Assembly: GCA_040219255.1 (NCBI GenBank)
Contig: JAVJSW010000046.1
Span: forward strand, 160,001 to 224,000
Length of the DNA stretch: 64,000 nucleotides
Reading direction: 5' to 3'
Source of the DNA: Sumerlaeia bacterium
Lineage (GTDB): Bacteria; Sumerlaeota; Sumerlaeia; SLMS01; JAHLLQ01
Below, one piece after another: positions 1-9,880 of this stretch (the stretch's first letter is position 1; each line of letters starts with the position of its first letter). The notes under the pieces are model-generated. The model saw only the letters and a list, made by a program, of their open reading frames with translations, did no database searches and was not told the origin of the DNA. Both the position numbers and the translations under genes were made by a program.

Positions 1-211
1 GCCTGTGATGGAGTACAAGCCGATGCAGCCGGGCGATGTGCCCGCAACCTACGCCGATATTGACCGTGCTAAAAGTAAACTTGGTTTCGAGCCGAAAACC
101 CGGCTGCGAGACGGCATTCGGGCATTCATCGATTGGTATAAAACGCACCCCGAGATTGCGACAGCGGTAAAGGAATCCCGCCATCCCGCTGGGACCGGCG
201 CCGCGAGCTGA
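1..211 (+). CDS. NAD-dependent nucleotide-sugar epimerase (UDP-glucuronate 4-epimerase-like), C-terminal part, 5' truncated by window
   Basis: PMQPGDVPATYADIDRAKSKLGFEPKT...GIRAFIDWY is the typical C-terminus of this family. Confidence 0.85.
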   Translation, partial: PVMEYKPMQPGDVPATYADIDRAKSKLGFEPKTRLRDGIRAFIDWYKTHPEIATAVKESRHPAGTGAAS

Positions 212-247
212 AAGGCGGAACCCGGTTTGGACCGCGAAGGGCCCCAA

Positions 248-281
248 TCGGGTAAAATCCTTTAGCCCGGACCTTTTTTTT
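248..281 (+). terminator. Intrinsic terminator
   Basis: tcgggtaaa-atcc-tttagcccgg hairpin followed by a T8 run. Confidence 0.5.
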
Positions 282-494
282 CGTTCAAGAAATCCTTGCG
301 GCGGAAGGGCCTTTGAGCCAGAGCGTAGGGCAACGTACTAGTTATCTTAGTAACCATTGTGGCAAAAACCAAGTCCCCGCGGTGGGACGCCCCGTAGGCA
401 CAGCACCGCACCTCCGAGACCAAGAGAACGACAAAGGCCCTCCCGCACCCTCACGCTGTATAAACCCTAGCTTAGTAACCAAGGTAGTCGACCA

Positions 495-1829
495 ATGAGA
501 TTTCTTTTTATCAATCAGTACTACTCACCCGATTACGCCGCCACGGCTCAGCAACTCAGCGACCTCTGCGAGTCCATCGCCGAGGCGGGTCACGAGGTGC
601 ATGTGCTCACCAGCCGCGCCCTTTACGATGGACGCGACATTGAGCTGCCCGCCGAGGAAGTCCTCAATGGCGTCCACGTTCACCGCGTCGGTCTCTCCAA
701 CAAGGGCCGGAACAGCCTGCGCGACCGCCTCATCGGTTATCTCTCCTTCTACGTCCGCGCATTCACCAAAGCCCACTTCCTCCCCCGGGCGGACGTGGTG
801 GTGACGCTGACCACACCGCCAATGATTTCCCTGTTGGGAACCTGGCTGCGCGTGCTGCGCAAGTCCCGCTTCGTGTACTGGGTGATGGACATTTACCCGG
901 ACATCGCGCTCAACGCCGGCGTTCTTTCGCGCGTCGGGCCGACCCGCGGCATCTGGTCCGCTCTCGGCCGCATCAGCTACCTGACGGCGAACCGCGTGGT
1001 GGTTCTCGGCAGCGACATGAAGCGCATCCTGTCCAAGAAGGGTGTGCGCGAAAGCAAGATCGACGTGGTCCAAAGCTGGTTCTGCGCCGAAGATATCCGT
1101 CCCGTCCCCGCCTGCGAGAACGGCTTCCGCAAGGAATTCTGCGACGGAAAAGATTTTACCCTGATGTATTCCGGCAACATGGGAACGTGCCATACGTTCA
1201 GGAGCGTCGCCGAGGGCATCCAGTTGCTCGAGGAGCGGAACGGCGACGACCGCAGCACCCAATTCCTCTTCGTCGGCGGCGGCAAGAAAAAGCCTTGGCT
1301 CATGGAGCAGCTCGGCAAGCTGACCGAGCGCGTGAAGTTCCTGCCCTATCAGGACCGCTCCGAACTCGACAAGTCCCTGACGGCTCCCGACGCGCACCTC
1401 ATCACGCTCGAGCCCAAGTACGACGGCCTCCTGGTTCCCAGCAAACTCTACGGCATCATGGCGGCCGGCAGAGCGGTCCTCTTCGTGGGCAGCGACAACA
1501 ACGAAGTCGCCCGGATTCTTCGCGAGTCCCGCTGTGGCGTCCGCGTCGATCCGGACAACGCGGAAGCCTTCGCCGCCGCTGTGCGCGAATTGGCCTCCGA
1601 TCCAGACGAGACCCGCGCCATGGGCGAGCGCGGCCGCGCCTACTTCGAACGGCACTTCGAGCGTCGTTGGGCTTGCGAGCGCTTCCTGCGCATGCTGGAA
1701 GACGAAGCCCGCCGCCCTGGCGTCCGTGGCGTCCGTTCCCTGGCCCATCACGCTGTTCGCCGCGTGGTCAACGGTCCTGGCTACCGCGACAGCGGCATGC
1801 CAGAGAAGGTCCTCGAATCGGCCAAGTGA
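495..1829 (+). CDS. Glycosyltransferase family 4 (WbuB/WcaI-like)
   Basis: INQYYSPD N-terminus, WVMDIYPD, YSGNMG and VPSKLYGIMAAGR motifs. Confidence 0.9.
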   Translation: MRFLFINQYYSPDYAATAQQLSDLCESIAEAGHEVHVLTSRALYDGRDIELPAEEVLNGVHVHRVGLSNKGRNSLRDRLIGYLSFYVRAFTKAHFLPRADVVVTLTTPPMISLLGTWLRVLRKSRFVYWVMDIYPDIALNAGVLSRVGPTRGIWSALGRISYLTANRVVVLGSDMKRILSKKGVRESKIDVVQSWFCAEDIRPVPACENGFRKEFCDGKDFTLMYSGNMGTCHTFRSVAEGIQLLEERNGDDRSTQFLFVGGGKKKPWLMEQLGKLTERVKFLPYQDRSELDKSLTAPDAHLITLEPKYDGLLVPSKLYGIMAAGRAVLFVGSDNNEVARILRESRCGVRVDPDNAEAFAAAVRELASDPDETRAMGERGRAYFERHFERRWACERFLRMLEDEARRPGVRGVRSLAHHAVRRVVNGPGYRDSGMPEKVLESAK

Positions 1830-1882
1830 GGCTGGGCTCCCCGCCCTGCTCCCTCCGCTAAACCACGGAAACCCAGTGACCA

Positions 1883-3214
1883 TTGAATTCTGAAGCGAAC
1901 GACCCGCCATCCGGCCTCCTGATTTGGACCCACCGTGTGGCGGGTCTCTTTTTGTGCGTCCTCATCGCCGCTCTGGCGATCTGGGCCTGGCGCAACGAAC
2001 GAAGCCGGGAGGAGTGGCGGTCTCGGGAAGCCGACCCGGAGTCGTTGGTGGCAACCGCGGATGCGCCTTTCCCCACCGGCTCCATCGCCATGGTGCGGGC
2101 GCGTTTTCTTCTCCAGTCGGCCTTTCCGCCCCGCCCTCGCGAAGCCAAGCAGGCCATCGCCCGCGCCATCGAACTCGACCCGCTGAACTCCTCCTATTGG
2201 CAGGAACTGGCCGAAGCCCACATTCTTCTCGGCGAGGACGAGGAGGCGCGGGCGGCCCTGCTTCGCTCCGATGAGCTGGACCCGAACTTCCCCGCTCAGC
2301 GCCTCAATTCGATTCGCCTCTGGCAAATTCTCGGCGAGGAAGAACGCTCGCGCGTCCTCGCGGTGCACGTCGGATTGCTGGGCGACCAATTCCTCAAGGG
2401 CGCCCTTCGCGAAATGGTCGGACTCGGCTATTCATTCTCCGAAGTATGGGACCTCTTCGCGAGCCACGAAGGCTTCGCCGGAAAGGAAGCGGAGTTGGTC
2501 TACGCCATGCGCGAGGTCGCCCTGTCGCCCGCACTCGCCAAGGAACTCAACCGCCTCATCGCCGCCCTGCCGGACAGCGTTCTCTCCGATCCACGGCACC
2601 AGGACGAACTGTGGAAATTCATCCAGAAACCGATGGTTTTCGAAGCCGCCGCGCGCTTCTGGCGCCTGGCGGATTTCGCGGTGGTGGATCGGGGCGGGGT
2701 CCTGGTCTCCAACGCGGGCCTGGAGGGCGATCCCCTCAAGCGTCCCGGCGGCCGATTCGGCTGGGGATGGCCCAAGGAAAGTTTCAGCGTCGACCTCGCC
2801 TGGCGCGAGGCCGTGCAGGGGCGCTCAGGCGTCATGGCGGTCACCTTCTCGCCCGAGAAGCAAAAGGCGGAAAGCTGGCGCTTCTATACGACGCCGGTGG
2901 CCGCGGGGACCACTTTCACGGTCACTGTGCCGGTCCTCCAGGACCCGGCGGAGGCCTCGCTGCTGCGGCTCACAACCCAGCGCGAACCCAAACCCCTGGA
3001 GCGCGAAGCGCATTACCACGCCATTCTCGGTCAGTGGCAGGACCTCGTCCTGACCTTCCCCGCTCGGCCCGAGGATTACCTTCTCGAACTGACGATGGAG
3101 CGAAAGCCCCGGCTCGGCTTTCCCCTGCGCGTCGATTCCACGGTCTTTATCGACGGTCTGACGATTCGAACGGCCGATTCCTCCAGCACAGCGACATTGA
3201 CCGTTCATGACTAG
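1883..3214 (+). CDS. Membrane-anchored TPR-containing protein (EPS locus)
   Basis: N-terminal TM segment; TPR-like AIARAIELDPLNSSYWQELAE; beta-rich C-terminus; overlaps the next gene's start. Confidence 0.65.
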   Translation: MNSEANDPPSGLLIWTHRVAGLFLCVLIAALAIWAWRNERSREEWRSREADPESLVATADAPFPTGSIAMVRARFLLQSAFPPRPREAKQAIARAIELDPLNSSYWQELAEAHILLGEDEEARAALLRSDELDPNFPAQRLNSIRLWQILGEEERSRVLAVHVGLLGDQFLKGALREMVGLGYSFSEVWDLFASHEGFAGKEAELVYAMREVALSPALAKELNRLIAALPDSVLSDPRHQDELWKFIQKPMVFEAAARFWRLADFAVVDRGGVLVSNAGLEGDPLKRPGGRFGWGWPKESFSVDLAWREAVQGRSGVMAVTFSPEKQKAESWRFYTTPVAAGTTFTVTVPVLQDPAEASLLRLTTQREPKPLEREAHYHAILGQWQDLVLTFPARPEDYLLELTMERKPRLGFPLRVDSTVFIDGLTIRTADSSSTATLTVHD

Positions 3215-4739
3215 CCAAGCCGCCCCCGAAGTTCAACGGGCCGAAACCATTGATGAATCCCACCGCTCCAAGAGACGGCGCCGCCGGCGCCCCGCCTCGC
3301 CTTACATCGGGCCTTTGACGCTCTGGACACCGCTCGATCTGCTGGCGGAACTGGCCGTCCTTGCGATCTTTCTGTTTGGATTGGGCAACTACGGGTACGT
3401 TCAGAAGGACTCGCTCTGGAACGTGACGATCGTTCTGTGCGTCCTGCTGGGCCTATATGGCGCCGCCCGTCTCGCGACGGGGGCTTTGCTTGGCGGGAAA
3501 TACCGGGGCCTCCGCCGTGGGCTCCTTGTGCTCGGCGTGGCCCTTGCCTGGTTCGGCTTTCAATTGATCCCGCTGCCGGCGGGCTTGACCTCTTCGCTTT
3601 CGCCGGTCTGGCGCGAAACGCTCATGGCCCTCGGGCAAGCCGGCCTGCCGGTTCCCGACGCGGTGCCGCTAGCGCATTATCCCTCAAAGGCTTTCCGCTC
3701 CTGGACCCAACTGGCGATCCAAGGCGCGTTTTTCCTGGGTGTCTGCGGGCTCGTCTCGGGTGGCGGCCGCGCCTCGGCATTCCGCCTCGCCGCCATGGTG
3801 GCGGGCCTTTCTCTGCTCGAAGGCATCTGGGGCCTGCTGCGGTTTTTCTCGGCGGACGCCAGTCTGGCTTACGGCGCGCTGTTCAATCCGAACCATCATG
3901 CGCTGCTCAGTCTCCTGGGTCTGCCCTTGTGGCTCGGGATTTTGTCAGTTCTGAAAGAAACGAATCGCTCCTTCAGCGGACCCATTCTGTCCGGTTCGAA
4001 TCCACTCCTGCTGCTGCACGCGGCGGGGGCCTGCGCCTTCCTGGGGGCGATCGCGTCGTTCTCGCGCGGCGCCTTGGTGGATGGCACGATCGTGCTCTGC
4101 TGGATTGGATGGGAACTCACCCGGCGCGGAGGGGAACGGTTTATCGAGCCTGGGGAAAACCCATTCCGTATGCCATTGACAGTGCGGCGGGTGGCGCTCA
4201 CGCTTGTGGTCATGTTCGCCCTTCTCTCGCTATTTCCCCTGTCCTTCTTGATCGATGGCTTCCGAGGCCAGTCCTGGGAGTCGGACGCGGCTGGCACTGG
4301 CCGGCTTGGCCTGTGGCGTGCTACATTCACGGCGCTCGGTGAGTCGCCACTGACAGGACTGGGCTTAGGCGGGACAGAGCGTGCACTGACGCGACTGGCC
4401 GAGACCGCGACGAACAAGACCGCGGTTTACTCGCACGGCGATTACTTTCAGTGGCTGGCGGAATCGGGCGTTCCCGCCTTTCTGACACTTGTCCTCGGCG
4501 CCTTCTGGGCGCTCTGGGGATGGTTGAAAAGCGGGTTGCCGTTGTACGGCAAAACGACGCGGGACTATCAAGTGCTCGAACGGGGCGTCCTCATCGCCCT
4601 CGCCGTTTGCTTGCTTCACGCGGCGTTCGACTTTCACCTGCGCATTCCCCTCGTGGGATTCGCCTTCCTCGTGGTTCTGGCCATCGGTCTGAGCCACGCA
4701 TTCTTGACGCCGAGGCCTGGCAACCAAGCGCACCACTGA
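3207..4739 (+). CDS. O-antigen ligase/Wzy polymerase family membrane protein
   Basis: Many TM helices; NPNH, SRGA, R..LW...PLTGLGLG, HGDYFQWLAESG and H..FDF motifs. Confidence 0.85.
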   Translation: MTSQAAPEVQRAETIDESHRSKRRRRRRPASPYIGPLTLWTPLDLLAELAVLAIFLFGLGNYGYVQKDSLWNVTIVLCVLLGLYGAARLATGALLGGKYRGLRRGLLVLGVALAWFGFQLIPLPAGLTSSLSPVWRETLMALGQAGLPVPDAVPLAHYPSKAFRSWTQLAIQGAFFLGVCGLVSGGGRASAFRLAAMVAGLSLLEGIWGLLRFFSADASLAYGALFNPNHHALLSLLGLPLWLGILSVLKETNRSFSGPILSGSNPLLLLHAAGACAFLGAIASFSRGALVDGTIVLCWIGWELTRRGGERFIEPGENPFRMPLTVRRVALTLVVMFALLSLFPLSFLIDGFRGQSWESDAAGTGRLGLWRATFTALGESPLTGLGLGGTERALTRLAETATNKTAVYSHGDYFQWLAESGVPAFLTLVLGAFWALWGWLKSGLPLYGKTTRDYQVLERGVLIALAVCLLHAAFDFHLRIPLVGFAFLVVLAIGLSHAFLTPRPGNQAHH

Positions 4740-4785
4740 TTTTCTTTTGCCCTTCACTCCCTTTTTTTTCAGAGGAACATCGAGG

Positions 4786-5946
4786 ATGTACGACAAGACC
4801 CTTGCCCGTTACAGCCAAGTCCTGACCCGGATCGCCAGCCTTTCGCTGATCGCGGTCGCCTGCCTCGTCAGCGCTGGTTGCACCCGAACCTTCGACAAGA
4901 ACATCGTCCCGCCCCCGGTGCGCGGGACCGAAGAGATCAATTACGACCGGTTGCAGCAATTGCTGGTCAACGACAAGGTCCAGATGGAACAGACCGAGGA
5001 CTATCGCCTCGGTCCCGGCGATATGATCAGCATCCAGATTGTCGGCTACACCGGCCAAGTCTTCGGCAACACGTTGAACGAGGCCGGGGCGGAGTATCTT
5101 CTGACCGACAGTCCGACCCTTTCCCTTCCGCTCATTGGTTCCATCCAGGTTCACGGTAAGACGCAGGGCGAGTTCCAGGACGAACTGCGCACGGCCTACA
5201 GCCAGTTCATCAAGGACCCGCGCCCCGTCGTCGCGATCAAGAAGTTCAACCGCAACCAGGTCGCGGTTCTCGGCTCGGTCACAAAGCCCGGCAAGCATCC
5301 GATGGAATTCGGCGACACCGTGATCGATGTGATTTACAAGGCGGGTGGCCTGAGCATGGGCGGCCGCACCGGCGGTATGGCGCCGGGCGACTTTCTGAAG
5401 GTTTACCGCGAGAAACTTTCGCAGTCCGAGCGCTCGAGTCTGACGCTCGATGAAATCGTCGAGATGATTCGCGAAGGCGATCAGATCATCCCTCGCGAAG
5501 AAATCGTCATCCCGCTGCGCGAATTCTTCCTCAAAGGCACCATGCAGTACAACATCCCGGTCAGGGCCGGCGACATCATCTACATCCCGCCGGGCGGCAC
5601 GGTGAACGTGCAGGGCCGCGTCAACAGGCAGGGCGTGGCGTTCCTGGGGCCAAGCATCGCCACCGTGAGCGAAGTGATCGTCGAGCAGGGCGACCTGCGC
5701 TTCGGAGCGGCTTCCGTCGTGGAGGTGGTTCGTCCCCAGCCGGACGGCGAGACGGTTTCCTATTTCGTGAACGTGCGCGACATCAAGTCGCGCAAGATCC
5801 GGGATTTCGCGGTGCAGGACGGCGACAAGATTTACGTTTACACGCACCCGATCCGGGCCGCCGGGGAATTCGTCGGCAAGATCTTCTCGGCCGGTATCAA
5901 GACCGGTCTGGATGCGACCTACAAACCCGCCAGCGGCGGAATCTAG
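4786..5946 (+). CDS. wza: Polysaccharide export lipoprotein (Wza/Poly_export with SLBB domains)
   Basis: Lipobox VSAGC; DYRLGPGDMISI, LPLIGSIQVHGKT and VLGSVTKPG motifs. Confidence 0.85.
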   Translation: MYDKTLARYSQVLTRIASLSLIAVACLVSAGCTRTFDKNIVPPPVRGTEEINYDRLQQLLVNDKVQMEQTEDYRLGPGDMISIQIVGYTGQVFGNTLNEAGAEYLLTDSPTLSLPLIGSIQVHGKTQGEFQDELRTAYSQFIKDPRPVVAIKKFNRNQVAVLGSVTKPGKHPMEFGDTVIDVIYKAGGLSMGGRTGGMAPGDFLKVYREKLSQSERSSLTLDEIVEMIREGDQIIPREEIVIPLREFFLKGTMQYNIPVRAGDIIYIPPGGTVNVQGRVNRQGVAFLGPSIATVSEVIVEQGDLRFGAASVVEVVRPQPDGETVSYFVNVRDIKSRKIRDFAVQDGDKIYVYTHPIRAAGEFVGKIFSAGIKTGLDATYKPASGGI

Positions 5947-6037
5947 TGGAGGCGGGGACCTTCCCTATTCTCCCTCACTCTCCGGGGAGGCGCACCGCCT
6001 CCCCCCGACCCATCGTTTCGAGGAGCCAAGGTCTATC

Positions 6038-8542
6038 GTGAATGAGACCCATCACAACAACGGAATGCTGGAGCCCCCCATGGGGCCCGGCGCGGATGAC
6101 TTTCGAAATCCATCCTCCGCTCATCAGGCCGGGGCTCCCGCGCAAACGACCATGGAGGAGGAATCGACCTTCGATGTGACCGAGTACATCGAGGCGATTC
6201 TCAAGCGCAAGTGGCTCATTCTGCTCGCCGCCGCCATCGGTCTCGCGCTCGGCGGCATCCAGGTTCGCAACGCCACCCCAGTCTACACGTCGATGACGAC
6301 GATCAAGTATGAACCGTCGACACCCCGCATCGTCGAATTCGGCGACATCAGCGCCCGCGTGGCTTACCAGGAAGAGTTTTCGACGCAGTTGGAAATGATC
6401 CGCAGCCCGCTGGTGACACGGCGCGTCATCGAGGCTCTCGGCGCGGACCGGCAGGTTGAGCCCGCAGCGGAAGAGACGGAGAACACGAGCAGCGAGGAGC
6501 AGCAAAACGCCCCCGCCGCCGATCCTTCCCCCTTCAGCCTGATCAGTAAGAACCTTCGCCGTCTGCGCAACCAGATCCACAGTTGGCTCGCCCCCTACAA
6601 ACCGGTCGAGATCGACGAAGAGATCAGCCGTGAGCAAGGTCTTGTCAGCTACTATCAGAACAAAGTGCGCGTTCGCCAGCAGGCCGACACGAAGCTGATT
6701 TCCATCATGGCCAGCGACACCGACGCCCACAGCGCGGCCCGCATCGCGGACACCTTCGCCGAACAGTACATCGAAAGCCTGAAAGCCTCGAAGAGCGAGT
6801 CCTATCAGGGCGCCATCGAATACCTTTTCAATCAGCGCGCCCAGCTTCAGGACGAAATCAAACAGGCACGCGAAGCCCTCAATAATTTCGAGGGTCCCTC
6901 GGAAGTGCGCGTTATGGATCAAGCGCTCGAAGTGGCGCTCAACCGCTACAAGGGACTCAAGACCCAGATCGCCAATGTGGAAGACCGGCTGGCCCGTCTG
7001 AAAACGGAGCTGGAAACCTACAAGGGCGAGAACGCCGACGCGGTGCTCGAATTCCGCCGCTCGCAGAACGACCAATATCGCGTCATGACGTCGCGCCTGA
7101 ACGATCTGCGCGTGCAGTTGGCCGCCATGCTCGGCGAAAGCACCCAGAACAACCCCCAAGTGCAGCGCGTGCAGCGGGAAATCTCGGCCCTCGAGCAGCA
7201 GATCAATCAGATCTCCCGCCTCAACGACGCGGAAATGATCGGCGAAATCACCCTCTCGGAAGCCGAGTTGGGCGCCCTCAATCGTCAGTTGTCGCAAGTC
7301 GAAACGGAAATCGGTGAAGTGCGCTCGGAACGCGTCGAGTACGAAGTCCTTCAGCGCGATCTCGACTCCGCGACCCGCACCTACGACACCATCCTGTCGC
7401 GTCTCGAAGAGGTGGAAATCGCCTCCAAGGTCGAGTTCAACAACGTCACGATCGTCAGCAATGCACGCATCCCCCGATTCCCGACCTACCCGCGCGTGAT
7501 GCGCACCATCGCCCAGCACGGCGTCCTTGGCCTGGTGGTGGGAATCGTGTTCGCCCTGGGCATCTACAAACTCGATCGCTCGGTGCGCGACCCGTCTCAG
7601 GTCGAAGCGCGCCTCGGACTGCCGACCCTCGGCCAAGTGCCCTTCATCAAGAACAAGGGCCTCGTCAACCTGGTGTCGAAAAGCCGCAATCGCCGTATCC
7701 GCCTCATCAACCAGATGGATACCTTCTCCACGGAAGCGGAAGCCTTCAAGCTCCTGCGCACCTCGCTCCAGTACTCCACGCCGGGACACAGCCCCCGCGT
7801 CATCCTGGTGACCAGTTGTCTGCCACGGGAAGGCAAGTCGACGGTGTCGTCGAACCTGGCGATTTCCTACGCCGGACGCGGCGGCAAGGTACTGCTGATC
7901 GACGCCGACATGAAGCTGCCGATCGTGCACCAGACCTTCCAGGTGAACCGCAATCCGGGCTTGGCGGAAGTACTGACGGGCCAGAAAAACTGGCGCGAAG
8001 TGGTGCAACCGTCCGGTGTGGACAATCTCGAGGTGATGGTGGCCGGTCAGTCCGTCCCCTCACCGGCGGATCTGCTGGAAAGCGAAGCGATGGTCGAACT
8101 TCTCGCCGAACTGCGCCAGAACTACGAAACCATCATCGTCGACTCGGCACCGCTTCACGGCATGTCGGACAGCTATGTGCTCGGGCCAAAAGTCGACGGC
8201 ATCGCCATCGTGGTCAACGTGGGCGGCACGAAGACCGAGCTGCTCAACAAGACCGTTGGCGCCCTGCGCGCCATGCACGTGCGGGTCCTGGGCGTGGTGT
8301 ACAACTACCAGACCAAGGGCGCCCACGGCGTGCGATACTACTACGATTACTACTACGGCTACAAGTACGGTTACCGCTATGGAAACCGCTACGACCGGTC
8401 CGGCGTGACAGGCGAAGAAGCAGCCCAGGAGGGCCGCCGCTCCGGCGCCAGCCAGGCTCGTCTGAAAAAGAACGACGTCGAAATCCCAACCTCCTCCGGC
8501 TCCGCTTCCAGTTCCTCCTCAAGCGATCAGGACAAGCTCTAG
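6038..8542 (+). CDS. wzc: Polysaccharide co-polymerase / BY-tyrosine kinase (Wzc); start codon uncertain
   Basis: Two TMs flanking a coiled coil; Walker A' TSCLPREGKST, LLIDAD, IIVDSAP; C-terminal Tyr cluster YYYDYYYGYKYGYRY. Confidence 0.92.
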   Translation: MNETHHNNGMLEPPMGPGADDFRNPSSAHQAGAPAQTTMEEESTFDVTEYIEAILKRKWLILLAAAIGLALGGIQVRNATPVYTSMTTIKYEPSTPRIVEFGDISARVAYQEEFSTQLEMIRSPLVTRRVIEALGADRQVEPAAEETENTSSEEQQNAPAADPSPFSLISKNLRRLRNQIHSWLAPYKPVEIDEEISREQGLVSYYQNKVRVRQQADTKLISIMASDTDAHSAARIADTFAEQYIESLKASKSESYQGAIEYLFNQRAQLQDEIKQAREALNNFEGPSEVRVMDQALEVALNRYKGLKTQIANVEDRLARLKTELETYKGENADAVLEFRRSQNDQYRVMTSRLNDLRVQLAAMLGESTQNNPQVQRVQREISALEQQINQISRLNDAEMIGEITLSEAELGALNRQLSQVETEIGEVRSERVEYEVLQRDLDSATRTYDTILSRLEEVEIASKVEFNNVTIVSNARIPRFPTYPRVMRTIAQHGVLGLVVGIVFALGIYKLDRSVRDPSQVEARLGLPTLGQVPFIKNKGLVNLVSKSRNRRIRLINQMDTFSTEAEAFKLLRTSLQYSTPGHSPRVILVTSCLPREGKSTVSSNLAISYAGRGGKVLLIDADMKLPIVHQTFQVNRNPGLAEVLTGQKNWREVVQPSGVDNLEVMVAGQSVPSPADLLESEAMVELLAELRQNYETIIVDSAPLHGMSDSYVLGPKVDGIAIVVNVGGTKTELLNKTVGALRAMHVRVLGVVYNYQTKGAHGVRYYYDYYYGYKYGYRYGNRYDRSGVTGEEAAQEGRRSGASQARLKKNDVEIPTSSGSASSSSSSDQDKL

Positions 8543-8576
8543 CCCTTCCCGAAGGCTCTCATCGAAACCCGTGATC

Positions 8577-8607
8577 GCGCCTCGTTTTTTGACGGGGCGT
8601 TTTTCTT
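8577..8607 (+). terminator. Intrinsic terminator after wzc
   Basis: gcgcctcgtt-tttt-gacggggcgt stem followed by ttttctt. Confidence 0.65.
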
Positions 8608-8673
8608 GCGCGATTCGGGAACTTTGCACCCGCGGCACTTTTCCAAGGCCGTGAATCTCTTCCGGAGTCCCCC

Positions 8674-9870
8674 ATGCGTTCCATACTTTGCGCCCTGACA
8701 CTCTCCCTATTTTGCGCCGCCGCGGTGGCCGCGCCGCCGCCGTTTTCCCCGGAACTGACCAATTCCCCCCGTGCCCAGGTCCGAGCCACGCCCGCGAAGA
8801 CTCCCTCGGCCATCGCCGCCTGGCGCATGGAAAACGCCAAGGGGGCATCGGAGGATTTCAGCCTGGACCTGAATAACTGGCTGCTCACGGAGCAGCCAAT
8901 TCCCCAGTTCGCGGCGCTCCGCCTCTCCCGCTCGAACGGCCAGATCACCATGATGCCCAATGCCGACGCACCGGCGAACAGCTTTGGCTTCGTCGAATCC
9001 CCGCTCGTCTCCGTCGCCCGTTCCGATGCGCAGGGGGCCGTGGTGGGTCTTCGGCTGACCTACACGTCACCCTCCGCCTATGTCGGTCTGGCACCTACGA
9101 TGCGGGTGCGGGCGGCGACGGAGGACTTCCGGATCTATGCGGAAGCCGGCATCACACCCAACCAGTTCGCCCAGTCGGGTGGCAGAAACATCGCCATCGT
9201 CACCCTCGATCGATCACGGCTGAAAGAAAACGAGCGTCTCCGGTTCATCGTCGACCTGGTGAGCCTGTACGAGACCGACACCGTGGATCCGAATTTTACC
9301 GTCAGGCTGGAATCGGCCGAGGTCTTCGTCGCGACGCCCGGTGGCGGAGGAGAGGCAGGCGACCTCATCTCCGCCGCCTACATGGAAGTCGATGGCGATG
9401 TTTTCGCGCTCGAGAACGGCGAGGACGAGGACGACCGCACCCGCGTTCGCGCCTCCGCCAATGCCTACGCTTACGACGCTTCCGTCATCGCTGTGATCGA
9501 CGATGGACGCCTGTTCGCCTATGACGCCAACAAGGGATTCGACGGCGTGACCATCGAGGACGACAACAACGACCGCGTCATCGCGGCCGCTGTGGCGGGG
9601 AGATATGTGGTTTATGTGGAAGACACGGGCCGCGCCAGGGTTTACGACATGGACTCGGGCGAGCGCGACACCATCTTCGAAACCGGAGCCGATGGCGTCA
9701 GCGCGGGCGGCGATGGCCATACGGTGCTGGTGCTAGACTTGTTCGACAGCGGCCGCCAAGCCAGTGTTTTCGGGTACGATCCCGAGGACAACGATCCTGA
9801 ACCCTACGACGTGGCGGACAATGGCGATGTCCTGCTGCTGCGGGGACGGCAGACGGGGATTGTGAACTGA
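8674..9870 (+). CDS. Secreted hypothetical protein with acidic beta-repeat C-terminus
   Basis: Sec-type signal peptide, host-like codon usage, Asp-rich repeated beta-strand segments. Confidence 0.75.
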   Translation: MRSILCALTLSLFCAAAVAAPPPFSPELTNSPRAQVRATPAKTPSAIAAWRMENAKGASEDFSLDLNNWLLTEQPIPQFAALRLSRSNGQITMMPNADAPANSFGFVESPLVSVARSDAQGAVVGLRLTYTSPSAYVGLAPTMRVRAATEDFRIYAEAGITPNQFAQSGGRNIAIVTLDRSRLKENERLRFIVDLVSLYETDTVDPNFTVRLESAEVFVATPGGGGEAGDLISAAYMEVDGDVFALENGEDEDDRTRVRASANAYAYDASVIAVIDDGRLFAYDANKGFDGVTIEDDNNDRVIAAAVAGRYVVYVEDTGRARVYDMDSGERDTIFETGADGVSAGGDGHTVLVLDLFDSGRQASVFGYDPEDNDPEPYDVADNGDVLLLRGRQTGIVN

Positions 9871-9880
9871 TCGGCTGGAG

